Made by a program: the position numbers and the translations under genes. The notes beneath the pieces were generated by a model that worked only from the letters and a program-made list of their open reading frames with translations, ran no database searches and had not been told where the DNA came from. A stretch of DNA of 64,000 bases from an uncultured Spirochaetaceae bacterium (GTDB lineage: Bacteria; Spirochaetota; Spirochaetia; DSM-27196; SLST01): assembly GCA_964537725.1 (NCBI GenBank), contig CAZICD010000002.1, positions 32,356 to 96,355 of the forward strand, written 5' to 3'. Below are positions 34,367 through 43,367 of the stretch, one piece after another; the first letter of the stretch is position 1, and the number at the start of each line of letters is the position of its first letter.

Positions 34367-35508
34367 GCGACCTCGGCGTCGACGGCGGGGACGGCGCGCG
34401 GGGCGAGTCCTCCCGCCCCTGGCACTTCCTGCAGAGCGACCTCTGGGCGGGCCAGAAGGAACGGTTCGGCTGGACGGCGGTGCGGGTGCCGCTCCACGGG
34501 GCTGCCCACGCGGGCGCCGCCGGGGCCGGCGCGTCCGTGCTGACGCTCACGCGCACCCTTCCCGCCGGCGTCGTGCTGACCTACGTCCCCTACGCCCCGG
34601 CAGACGGCGCGGGCGAGACGACCGGGATTCCCGGTCCCGAACCGGAGGCGCTGGCGCGGACGCTCGAGACGCTCGTCCCGCGCGTGGCCGATCAGGTGAG
34701 CCGCGCGACGGGCAGGGCGCCGACGATCGTACGATTCGACCTCCCGCAGGAGTCGGCCGCGCGCGCGACGAAGGCGGAATCGGGGCCGCGACAGCCACCC
34801 GCCGCCGGCCTCCGCGTGGCGCCGGTAGCGGTGCAGCCGCCCGACACGGTCGTCGTAGACCTCACGCGCGACGAGGACGAGATCCTCGGCTCCATGCACA
34901 AGAAGAACCGCTACAATATCCGGCTGGCCGAACGGAAGGGGGTCGCCGTTCGCGCCTTCGACCCCGCGGCGCCTGAGCAGGCGGTGGCGGCGCGCGACGC
35001 GCTGCGCTCGTGGTACGAGATCTACCGCGAGACCGCCCGGCGCGACGGCATCACGATTCACGCGACCGAGTACTACGAGCACCTCTTCGAGCTCGTCCGC
35101 CCCGGGGTCGATCCGCGGCTGCGGCTCTACCTCGCCGAGCACGAGGGTGATCTCCTCGCCGGGATCGTCGTGGTGCTCCACGGACGAGGCGCGACCTATC
35201 TCTACGGCGCGAGCTCGAACGCGAAGCGCAACCTCATGCCCAACTACGCGCTTCAGTGGCGCGCGATGACCGACGCGCGCGCCGCCGGCTGCGCCTGGTA
35301 CGATCTCTTCGGCGTCCCGCCCGCCGACGATCCGCAGCATCCGCTGCACGGCCTCTACCGATTCAAGACCGGTTTCGGCGGCGCGCTCGTGCGCAGGCTC
35401 GGCGCGTGGGACGCGATCGTGCAGCCGGTGCGCGGTCGAGCCTACCGGGTTGCCGAGCGGCTCCGCGATGTCTACGTTCATCGCGTGAGGCCCCATGCTG
35501 TCCGATAG
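34363..35508 (+). CDS. FemAB-family aminoacyl-tRNA-dependent peptidoglycan bridge transferase (FemX/MurM-like)
   Basis: HFLQSDLWAGQKERFGW, KKNRYNIRLAERKG, ATYLYGASSN and YDLFGVP are typical of Fem/lipid II aminoacyltransferases. The ATG overlaps the metG stop (ATGA). Confidence 0.8.
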   Translation: MSDLGVDGGDGARGESSRPWHFLQSDLWAGQKERFGWTAVRVPLHGAAHAGAAGAGASVLTLTRTLPAGVVLTYVPYAPADGAGETTGIPGPEPEALARTLETLVPRVADQVSRATGRAPTIVRFDLPQESAARATKAESGPRQPPAAGLRVAPVAVQPPDTVVVDLTRDEDEILGSMHKKNRYNIRLAERKGVAVRAFDPAAPEQAVAARDALRSWYEIYRETARRDGITIHATEYYEHLFELVRPGVDPRLRLYLAEHEGDLLAGIVVVLHGRGATYLYGASSNAKRNLMPNYALQWRAMTDARAAGCAWYDLFGVPPADDPQHPLHGLYRFKTGFGGALVRRLGAWDAIVQPVRGRAYRVAERLRDVYVHRVRPHAVR

Positions 35509-36349
35509 AAACCTGGCGCTCGGACCGGTGAACCTTCCGGTCTGGCTGATCGCCGTGCTCGCGGCGCTTCTCGTGGTGGTCGTGCTGCAGCGGACCGTCC
35601 TGAGGCGGTGGAAGCCCCTCTGGTCGATCGCCAACGACGCGCTTCAGGCCGGCCTGCTCGCCGGCATCGTCGTGTGGAAGCTCACCCCGCTTCTGACCCG
35701 GTTCGACGAGATCGTCGCGGCTCCGTCGCGACTGCTCTACTACCCCGGCGGTACGCCCGGGCTCGTCGCCGGTGGGCTCGTCGCGGCGGGCGTCGGACTC
35801 TTCACCGTCGTGCGCCGGGTGCGCGCGAGCGAGGAGGGCGAACGGCCGGCGCCTCGCGCGCTGCTTCTGCACGCCGCCATACCGCTTCTCGCCGCCGCCG
35901 TCGGGTATCTCGTGGTCGCGCTGATTCCCGCCGCCGGTACCTCCCTCGCCGAGCTTCCCGACTACGGGTATCTGCCCGGCTACGAGGGGCGGGTCGAGCC
36001 CGACCGACCGACGGTGGTGACCGTCTGGGCGACGTGGTGCGGGCCGTGCACCGCGCAGATGCCCGAGTTCGATCGGTTCGGCGAGCGCCACGGCGGCGAG
36101 GTCAACCTGATCGCGCTCAACCTGACACGGACCGAGGGGTCGCTCGAGACCGTCCGCGCGTACCTCGAGGAGAGCTCGCTCGACTTCCCCGTCGCGTTGG
36201 ACGCCGACGGGTCGGTCTCGGCGGCGCTCGACGTACGCTCCACGCCCACCACCGTCGTGTTCGACGCCCGGGGTGTCGAGCGAGTCCGACGGACGGGTGC
36301 GGTGAATGCGGACTGGTTGTCGCGAAGAATACTCCCGTTTGGCCGATGA
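35495..36349 (+). CDS. Membrane-anchored TlpA/ResA-like thioredoxin-fold thiol:disulfide oxidoreductase
   Basis: N-terminal hydrophobic helices are followed by VVTVWATWCGPCTAQMPEF (WCGPC active site). Confidence 0.8.
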   Translation: MLSDRNLALGPVNLPVWLIAVLAALLVVVVLQRTVLRRWKPLWSIANDALQAGLLAGIVVWKLTPLLTRFDEIVAAPSRLLYYPGGTPGLVAGGLVAAGVGLFTVVRRVRASEEGERPAPRALLLHAAIPLLAAAVGYLVVALIPAAGTSLAELPDYGYLPGYEGRVEPDRPTVVTVWATWCGPCTAQMPEFDRFGERHGGEVNLIALNLTRTEGSLETVRAYLEESSLDFPVALDADGSVSAALDVRSTPTTVVFDARGVERVRRTGAVNADWLSRRILPFGR

Positions 36350-36359
36350 TTATGATAGT

Positions 36360-38498
36360 ATGGCAGTCGCAATGCGCAGGTTCTTGCTCCTCATGGCTTT
36401 ATCGCTTCTCCTCTTCTCGTGCGCGACCGCTCCCGAGCCCGGTGAGGAGCCCGGGACGGTAGCCGAAGACGAACAGCGGCCCGATGGGGGCGATGAACCG
36501 GCCGCGCAGCCGGGCGACGACGAGCAGGAACCCGGGCCGGCAGACCAACCCGACGAGCCGTCGGTTGCAGAGCAGCCGGCGGAACCGGTCGAGGAGCCGC
36601 TCACCCTGCAGCTCGTCAACCCGAGCGATCCAACCCAGCTCACCCGCTCGCCGTTCATCCTCTCGGCACGCCCGAGCGACGGCTCGCTCGCCGAGGTGGA
36701 GGTGGAACTGCTCGCCGGTCCCTACGTACCCGCGGACGCGGCCGACCCGTTCGCGGTAGCCGATTTCTCCGACGCGCCGGCGGAGACGCGGACCTGGCGC
36801 ATCGAGGTGACCGACGACGCGATGCTGCTGCGCGTTCCGCCCGGTTTTGTGGACGGCGCGACCTACGAGCTGCGCCTTCGCGGGCTGCTCGAGGACGGCC
36901 GCGCGACCGAGTGGATCGACGTCGAGCCGGCACTCAACCTCGGCCTCGAGCCGCCGGTCCCCGCAGTGCCCGAGGCCACGATCGACCCGACGCCCGAGTT
37001 CTCCGCGGAGGCCGACGGGCCGGTCGAGTTCATCGTGGACGACGAGCGGTCCTTCGTCGCCTCAGGCGGTACCGGCGCCGAACCTCCCTTCGAGATTCCG
37101 GCGGGCCGGTACCTCGTTCGCGCTCGGAGCGTGACCCGGGAGGGGTACCTCACCGCGACGAGCCGCGCGGTGGATCTGCGCGTGCTCGCCGACGCGCAGC
37201 CCGCGGCGAGCTGGCCGGTGGGCGGCGAGTCGACGCTCACCCCGCGAGTGGGCCTGCAGTGGGGTTCGGTCCCCGGCGGCGTCTCCTACCAGGCGCGCTA
37301 CCGCTCGGTGGGGGCGCAGGGGTGGCAGCAGCTCGACCCGACCGACCGGACCTTCGCGTCCATCCCCGACCGTTTCGAGCCGGGCGCCGAGTTCGAGTGG
37401 CAGGTTCGCGTCCGCAACGAGGCGGGGAGCTGGTTTTCCTGGAGCCCGCTCGAGCGGTTCGTCGCCGGCGCGTTCGAGATGGAGTACGCGACGATCATCG
37501 CGTCCGGACAGGAGGCGACGGTCACCCGCGGTTACGCGGACGGAAGCCGCGACGAGCGTCCCGTCCGGGAAATCGCGCTGACGCTCCCCTACGAGATGGC
37601 GGTGGTGCCGCTGACGAACGCCCAGCTCGTGCGCCTGGTCAGCTACGCCGCCGATCGCGGCATGGTGGAGGTCGACGAACGCGGAGTCTGGACGACCGGC
37701 GAATCGGACGAGGCGGAAGCGACGGACGAGGTAGACGACGGGGGCGGTCGCCGGCCGCTCGTGGGTCTCGGCGAGATGGACTACGGCGAGCAGTTCGGCC
37801 TGCGGTACGTCGACGGGCGCGTAGAGGCGGTGGAGGGGTACGAGTCGCACCCCGCGATCGGCGTGACGTGGCACGGGGCGGTTCGGATCGCGAACCTGCT
37901 CTCCTACGTCGAGGGCCGCGCCCCCGTGTACGACGCGACCGGGGCCGTGCTCGACTCGAGCGCGAGCGGATACCGGCTGCCGACAGAGGCCGAGTGGGAG
38001 TACGCCGCGCGCGGGACGACCGATCGGCTCTTTCCCTGGGGCGGATCGCTCTCCGGGCGGGTGTCGAACTACTACCGGAGCTTCGATCCGTTCGAGGACG
38101 TGAACGAGCCGTTCACCGGAAACGGCGGTCCGACCAACCCGGTCGGATTCTTCGACGGTTCGGTCCGCGACGGGTTCCAGACCGCCAGCGACGCCTCGCC
38201 GTTCGGCATTCGCGACATGGTTGGCAACGTCTGGGAGTGGTCCTTCGACCGCTACGACCCGGGCTACTACGCCCAGTCGTCGGAGGTCGACCCGTGGGGA
38301 CCGGCGAGGACCGACTTCGAGGTCGAGAACGAGGCGATCGTGCTCGCGGTTGCGCTCGATCCGGACCAACGCGTGGTTCGCGGGTCGGCGTGGAACACGC
38401 GCTCGCCGGACGTTCGTGCGACGAACCGGGGGCGCTACTCGGAAGGCGGGCGGAGCTACAGCATCGGTGTGCGCCTCGTGCGCGCCCCGCTCCCGTAG
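36360..38498 (+). CDS. Lipoprotein with an acidic Pro/Glu-rich linker, an FN3-like region and a C-terminal FGE-sulfatase (SUMF1/DUF323) domain
   Basis: Lipobox MRRFLLLMALSLLLFSC. FGE-type motifs: HPAIGVTWHGA, GYRLPTEAEWEYAARG, GNVWEWSFD and RVVRGSAW...YSIGVRLVR. The start is ATG 36360 or 36372. Confidence 0.8.
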   Translation: MAVAMRRFLLLMALSLLLFSCATAPEPGEEPGTVAEDEQRPDGGDEPAAQPGDDEQEPGPADQPDEPSVAEQPAEPVEEPLTLQLVNPSDPTQLTRSPFILSARPSDGSLAEVEVELLAGPYVPADAADPFAVADFSDAPAETRTWRIEVTDDAMLLRVPPGFVDGATYELRLRGLLEDGRATEWIDVEPALNLGLEPPVPAVPEATIDPTPEFSAEADGPVEFIVDDERSFVASGGTGAEPPFEIPAGRYLVRARSVTREGYLTATSRAVDLRVLADAQPAASWPVGGESTLTPRVGLQWGSVPGGVSYQARYRSVGAQGWQQLDPTDRTFASIPDRFEPGAEFEWQVRVRNEAGSWFSWSPLERFVAGAFEMEYATIIASGQEATVTRGYADGSRDERPVREIALTLPYEMAVVPLTNAQLVRLVSYAADRGMVEVDERGVWTTGESDEAEATDEVDDGGGRRPLVGLGEMDYGEQFGLRYVDGRVEAVEGYESHPAIGVTWHGAVRIANLLSYVEGRAPVYDATGAVLDSSASGYRLPTEAEWEYAARGTTDRLFPWGGSLSGRVSNYYRSFDPFEDVNEPFTGNGGPTNPVGFFDGSVRDGFQTASDASPFGIRDMVGNVWEWSFDRYDPGYYAQSSEVDPWGPARTDFEVENEAIVLAVALDPDQRVVRGSAWNTRSPDVRATNRGRYSEGGRSYSIGVRLVRAPLP

Positions 38499-38513
38499 AC
38501 GGCCCGGCGCGCG

Positions 38514-39737
38514 CTACGCGATGCCGAACTGCTCCTCGAGCCGTTCGTAGTAGTTCGTGATCCGCCGCACCCATTGGCGTTTCTCGGGGTACGGCCGGAA
38601 GAAGAAGCTGCGCTTGAATCCGTAGATCATGATGTTCTTCAGCTGCTTCGGTGCGATATCGAACCCTTCTATGGCGAGCTCGATCTCGCGCGTCACCGTG
38701 GTCTTGCTCACGAGACGATTATCGGTACAGAGCGAAAGGCTGAGGTTGCGGTCGAGCATCTCGCCCAGGCTGTGGTCGGCGACCGACTTCAGATCGGGGC
38801 AGGTCTGAAGATTGCTCGTCAGGCAGACTTCGACGGTGATTCGCTTGTCGGCGATGTAGTTCGCGAGCTGCTCGACGTAGCGCTCCCGGTCCTCGACGTC
38901 GTCGCCGTAGATCATGTCCGTTCTGAACAGCCTCAGGCCGTGCCCGATCCGGTCCGCGTGGATCTTCGTGATCGCCTGGAAGATCGACTCCGGACCGTAG
39001 GCCTCGCCGGCGTGCACGGTCTTCTTCATGAAGTTGCTGTGCACGTAGTCGTACGCTTCCTGGTGAGCGCTCGCGGGATAACCGTACTCGCTGCCTGCGA
39101 GGTCGAAGGCGACGACCTGAATATCCGTCTCGTTGCGAAGCTTCACGCTTCCCTTCGCGAGCTCGAGCGAGGCCATGCGGATGAGCTCGTCGTCGCTCGA
39201 GTACGGGTGCACCCGAGCGAGGTCGCTGTAGTAGGTGCTGAACGCGGGTGTGAAAAAGCGCATCGCGGTGACGATGATCCCGTACTCGAACTCCGGCTCG
39301 TCGGGTGCGAGCTTCGCGTTGAACTCGTCGCGCGCCCGACGCAACCCTCGGTCCACCGATTCCATGACCTCCTCGAAGGTGAGGCGGTCCGAGACGTGCA
39401 GCTGGGGTGCGAATCGGACCTCCATGTAGCGCACGCCCTCGTCGATGTTGTCCTGGGCGAGCTCGCAGGCGACGCGCTCGAGGCTCTCGGCGTCCTGCAT
39501 GACCCGGCACGTGTAGGCAAACCCCCGCAGGTACTCGTCGAGATCGGCGTAGGAATCCTTGAATACCGTTTCCTGCAGGCCGTCGGCCGTGTAGGAGGGC
39601 AGCTCGACCTTCTGCTCGCGGGCGAGTTCGACGAGGGTCTCGGGCCTGAGGCTTCCGTCGAGGTGCACGTGCAGGTCGTTCTTGGGAATGGCCTGGATGA
39701 ATTCTGCGGGGTAGTTCACGGGACCTCCTTCGCTCAT
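38514..39737 (-). CDS. add: Adenosine/adenine deaminase family protein
   Basis: Metal and catalytic motifs are present: DLHVHLDGS, HAGEAYGP, CLTSNLQT and LCTDNRLV. Confidence 0.85.
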   Translation of the reverse strand: MSEGGPVNYPAEFIQAIPKNDLHVHLDGSLRPETLVELAREQKVELPSYTADGLQETVFKDSYADLDEYLRGFAYTCRVMQDAESLERVACELAQDNIDEGVRYMEVRFAPQLHVSDRLTFEEVMESVDRGLRRARDEFNAKLAPDEPEFEYGIIVTAMRFFTPAFSTYYSDLARVHPYSSDDELIRMASLELAKGSVKLRNETDIQVVAFDLAGSEYGYPASAHQEAYDYVHSNFMKKTVHAGEAYGPESIFQAITKIHADRIGHGLRLFRTDMIYGDDVEDRERYVEQLANYIADKRITVEVCLTSNLQTCPDLKSVADHSLGEMLDRNLSLSLCTDNRLVSKTTVTREIELAIEGFDIAPKQLKNIMIYGFKRSFFFRPYPEKRQWVRRITNYYERLEEQFGIA

Positions 39738-41158
39738 CGTACCATGCCGGAGCGCGATTGGACGAGGTCCCGGAAACGGTTGCCGCGGTCGAACTCGTTA
39801 CGGAACATCCCGAACGACGCGCAGCCCGGCGACAGGAGGACCACCTCCCCGGCGCGCGCGGCCGCGCGCGCGGCGTCGAACGCAGCCTCGAGCGACTCGT
39901 ACGGCCCGTCGTACGAGCCGCCGGCGGCCTCGAGAAGCTCGATGATACGCCGCGTCGCCGTTCCTTCGAGGAGGTGAAGCGACGCGGTGCGTCCGGCGAT
40001 TTCCGCGAACGCGTCGAGCGGAAGCCCCTTGTCGCTCCCTCCGGCGATCAGATGCACCGGTGCGTCGAAGCTCTCGAGCGCCGCGACCGCGGCTTCCGCG
40101 ATCGTCGCCGCGGAGTCGTTGACGTAGCGCACGCCCTCGTCCACCGCGACGACTTCGAGCCGGTGCGGGACGCCGGCGAACGAGGCGGTTCGCCGGCGGA
40201 CCTCGTCGGCGGGTACGCCGAAGAGGTGCGCGCCCACGCCCGCGTAGAGGAGGTTCATCCGCATGTGGCGACCGGAGAGCGTCGTCTCGTGGGGCACGAG
40301 CGTCAGCGGCGCCTCGCCGTCGAGGCGCAGCACACCCCGGTCGCGGTCGAATCCGGCGACCGAACCGGCGGGCGGCAGCGCTCTCTCGGCGGTGAAGCGA
40401 ACGACCCGCGACGGGTGGGGCGGTCGGTAGGAGCGCGACCAGGCGTCGTCGTCGGAGAGCAGGCACCACTGATCGGGCTTCTGGCCGGCGAAGATGAGCG
40501 CCTTGTCGGCGGCGTAGGCCTGCATGGAGTCGTAGTAGTCCTGATGATCGGGAAGGAGATTCGTGACCGCGGCGATGTGAAACGACGGGCGCCGGCCGGC
40601 GACGCCGGAAGACGCGAGCAGGAGGTCGCCGAGCTGGAACGAGGAGAGCTCGAGTACGACGGGCGCGTCGCGGTCGATCTCGCGCGCGAAGGTCAGCGGC
40701 GATACGGTGATGTTGCCTCCCAGCCGTGCCTCCGGGTAGCGGGCCGCGATGACGTGCTGAAGCGCGCTCGCGGTGGTCGACTTCCCCTTCGTGCCGGTGA
40801 TCGCGAGAACCGGGCCGGTGTGACCGGAGAGGAAGATCGAGATATCGGTTTCGATCCTCCTCGCCTCGCGCAGCAGTGGAGCCGTTCGCGGAACCGCCGG
40901 GTTCTTCACGACGATGTCCGCGGCGCGGAAGTCGTCGGCCTCGTGACGGCCGAGCACGAACCGGATGGGAAGGTCCGCGAGCGAGGCGACGCTTTCGCCA
41001 AGCGCCGACTCGTCGCGCAGATCGGTCACCGTGACGCTCGCCCCGGCCTCCGCGCAGAACCGTGCGGAGGCGGCGCCTCCGCCGTGCGCCCCGAGTCCCA
41101 TGACCAGAACCCGCGCGCCGGAGAGGTCATACCGGGCCGTGTTCGATCTCGAACTCAC
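39734..41158 (-). CDS. murD: UDP-N-acetylmuramoylalanine--D-glutamate ligase
   Basis: N-terminal Rossmann-like VLVMGLGAHGGG and P-loop ITGTKGKSTT are present. The stop overlaps the add start (ATGA). Confidence 0.9.
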   Translation of the reverse strand: MSSRSNTARYDLSGARVLVMGLGAHGGGAASARFCAEAGASVTVTDLRDESALGESVASLADLPIRFVLGRHEADDFRAADIVVKNPAVPRTAPLLREARRIETDISIFLSGHTGPVLAITGTKGKSTTASALQHVIAARYPEARLGGNITVSPLTFAREIDRDAPVVLELSSFQLGDLLLASSGVAGRRPSFHIAAVTNLLPDHQDYYDSMQAYAADKALIFAGQKPDQWCLLSDDDAWSRSYRPPHPSRVVRFTAERALPPAGSVAGFDRDRGVLRLDGEAPLTLVPHETTLSGRHMRMNLLYAGVGAHLFGVPADEVRRRTASFAGVPHRLEVVAVDEGVRYVNDSAATIAEAAVAALESFDAPVHLIAGGSDKGLPLDAFAEIAGRTASLHLLEGTATRRIIELLEAAGGSYDGPYESLEAAFDAARAAARAGEVVLLSPGCASFGMFRNEFDRGNRFRDLVQSRSGMVR

Positions 41159-42089
41159 GCTCGTCCTCCTCGTTCAGGTAGCGTCGAACCTCGAAGCGTT
41201 CCCACGGTCGCTGCCAGCTCGCGTCGATCGACTCCTTGATCCGCCTGAACGCCGGCAGCTCCTCGGTGAAGCCGTCCTGCTGCACGCTGCGCAGACTGTC
41301 CTCGATCTCCCGCAGGTGGGGCAGCAGCGTCTCTCGCGCTCGGTGGAGCAGCTGCACCGAGCGACGTAGCGCGAGGTCGGAGAAATCGATCACCGAATGC
41401 GCGATCGTTCGATACTTGCACGTGAAGGGGAAGTAGGGATACGTGTGGACGTCGGCGGGCACGAAGAGCCTGCTGAAGAACTTGGTCAGATCACGGTCGA
41501 GCCACATTCCCGCGCGCATGTAGCCGCGGCCGGTCTCGCCGATCCACGTGTCGCTGATCGACTGCTCGAGCCGGAGCGCGCGCACGCGCTTGCGGTCGGT
41601 CTCGACGTCGACGAGCGGGTAGAGATCGGCCTCGAGGAAGACGTCCCGCGTGCGGTAGCGGGCCGTCGCCGCGTTTGTCGTCCGTTCGACGAGCCGCGAG
41701 TGCTTGGGACGGTAGGTCAGGTCGAGCTGGACGAGGTAGAGGTAGGTGATGTCCCTGAGCCGGTAGAGCCGGAAGAAGCCGGGTCGAGCGTTGTTCGACG
41801 GGTCGAAGAGGTGCGTCAGTCCGCCGATCAGGTCGGGATGCCGATCCTGGATCTGCGCGACGACGCGTCGCACGGCGCGGGAGAGGTCCCTGCCGGGAGC
41901 GCGATCGTCGAGGTCGTGGTGAACCGGGAACGACGGCACCTCGATCTCGTCCGGGAGGCGAACGAAGAACTCCTCGTTCTGCGAGAAGTGCGCCGAGTAC
42001 GACGCAGCCGGCTCGTTCCCCGAACGGAGGCGCGCGTTGATCTCCGAGTCGCTGTAGGTGACGCGAAGCGTGCCGGACTGCAGTACCAC
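41127..42089 (-). CDS. Hypothetical protein; start uncertain
   Basis: This is a long ORF with ordinary, non-shadow amino-acid composition and no motif I recognise. The track start ATG 42203 would overlap the divergent FecR-like gene by 60 nt. GTG 42089 is an in-frame alternative. The 3' end overlaps the murD start by 32 nt. Confidence 0.4.
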   Translation of the reverse strand: MVLQSGTLRVTYSDSEINARLRSGNEPAASYSAHFSQNEEFFVRLPDEIEVPSFPVHHDLDDRAPGRDLSRAVRRVVAQIQDRHPDLIGGLTHLFDPSNNARPGFFRLYRLRDITYLYLVQLDLTYRPKHSRLVERTTNAATARYRTRDVFLEADLYPLVDVETDRKRVRALRLEQSISDTWIGETGRGYMRAGMWLDRDLTKFFSRLFVPADVHTYPYFPFTCKYRTIAHSVIDFSDLALRRSVQLLHRARETLLPHLREIEDSLRSVQQDGFTEELPAFRRIKESIDASWQRPWERFEVRRYLNEEDEREFEIEHGPV

Positions 42090-42143
42090 CCCCTTAGCAT
42101 ACCCACTTTGTTCCTTGTGGTGAAACGAATTGTAGGCTATTCT

Positions 42144-43340
42144 ATGCGCATGCGAAGGCAGCTGCTCCTGCTCGGCCTCCTCGTCGCTCTGCCTGCTCTT
42201 CACGCGGTGGCGCAGGCGTCGTTGGGCGTGATCGTCTACGCGGAGGGCGGGGAGATCACGATCCTTCGCGACGAGGAAGAGATCGACCTCGACGCGGGAC
42301 TGGGAGAAGCGCTCGGCGAGCCGGTCTACGCCGACGACCAGGTCACCACCGGCGAGGACACGTTCGCCGAGATCCAGTTACTCACCAGCCGCAACGTCGT
42401 GAAGATCGCCGAGAACACGACGTTCACGGTCGCCACGGTGGAAGACGGGCGGAGCTCGCTGAGCGTCACCTACGGCCGCCTGCGCGCGCGCGTGGAGCGG
42501 CTCGCGGGTACCGGTCGCTTCGAGTTTCGCGGGATCACCGCGAGCGCCGGCGTCCGGGGAACCGACTTCGCCTACGATCAGGTCCTCGATCCGTCTACCG
42601 GCGAGCTCTACAACCGGGTCTCGTGCTTCGATGGCGAGGTGATCGTTTCCGCGAGCTCCCGACCGGAGCTCTCCGTTGCCATCGGAGCGGGGGAAGCGGT
42701 GTTCGCGCCGGTCGGCGCCTCGCCGGAGGAGGCCGTCCTCGGGCCCGTCCCGGAGGCGGTGCAGGCCTTCTGGGCCGAGCGGCCGTTTGTCCGGCAGCCT
42801 GCCGCTCCCGCGGACGTCCTCGACGAGTTTCCCGGGCTTCGTGAACGCGCGTCGAGGCGGCTGGGAGTTCTTCCGGAGGCTGAGCCGGTCGTCGAATCGG
42901 GATCGGTCGAGGAGGGGGCAACCGAGGACGGCGCAACCGACGACGGCGAGGACACGACGGCGAGCGCGCAGGGCGAGCCCGGAACGCCGGAGAGCGACGA
43001 GCCGGCGGCCGCACCGGCTCCGACGGTCACCGAGCAGGAGACCGCGCGCGGCGCCGGGGAAGACGCGTCGCCGGAGGGCGAACCGGGCGAGACGCCGCAG
43101 GACGACACCGAGCGGCGCGAGCGGGTGGCACGCGCCTTCCGCACGACCGGTATCGTGCTCGCCGGTGCAGGGCTCGTGACCGACATCGCGGCGATCGGGC
43201 TCTTCTACTTCGGCGAGGACGTCTTCGCGGGATGGACGGCGGCCAACAACGACGCCTTGCGACCGGTGGCGATTGCGGGTGTGGGTATGCTCACCGGGGG
43301 GCTGATTTCGATCGTCGTCTCGCTCGCGGTCTCGCCGTAG
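42144..43340 (+). CDS. FecR-domain protein with signal peptide, acidic linker and C-terminal TM anchor
   Basis: Signal MRMRRQLLLLGLLVALPALHAVAQA. FecR-like beta region: VTTGEDTFAEIQL...TFTV...RGITASAGVRGTDFA. The C-terminus has two hydrophobic helices. Confidence 0.65.
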   Translation: MRMRRQLLLLGLLVALPALHAVAQASLGVIVYAEGGEITILRDEEEIDLDAGLGEALGEPVYADDQVTTGEDTFAEIQLLTSRNVVKIAENTTFTVATVEDGRSSLSVTYGRLRARVERLAGTGRFEFRGITASAGVRGTDFAYDQVLDPSTGELYNRVSCFDGEVIVSASSRPELSVAIGAGEAVFAPVGASPEEAVLGPVPEAVQAFWAERPFVRQPAAPADVLDEFPGLRERASRRLGVLPEAEPVVESGSVEEGATEDGATDDGEDTTASAQGEPGTPESDEPAAAPAPTVTEQETARGAGEDASPEGEPGETPQDDTERRERVARAFRTTGIVLAGAGLVTDIAAIGLFYFGEDVFAGWTAANNDALRPVAIAGVGMLTGGLISIVVSLAVSP

Positions 43341-43367
43341 CGTCGTCCGCGGGGCTCTCCTCAGGCG

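Noticed and set aside
36911-38574. 549-aa plus-strand off-frame ORF, with the 435-aa and 153-aa minus-strand ORFs, over the FGE-lipoprotein gene
   Set aside because: Only the 36360-38498 frame carries the lipobox and FGE motifs, and the others are Arg-rich shadows.
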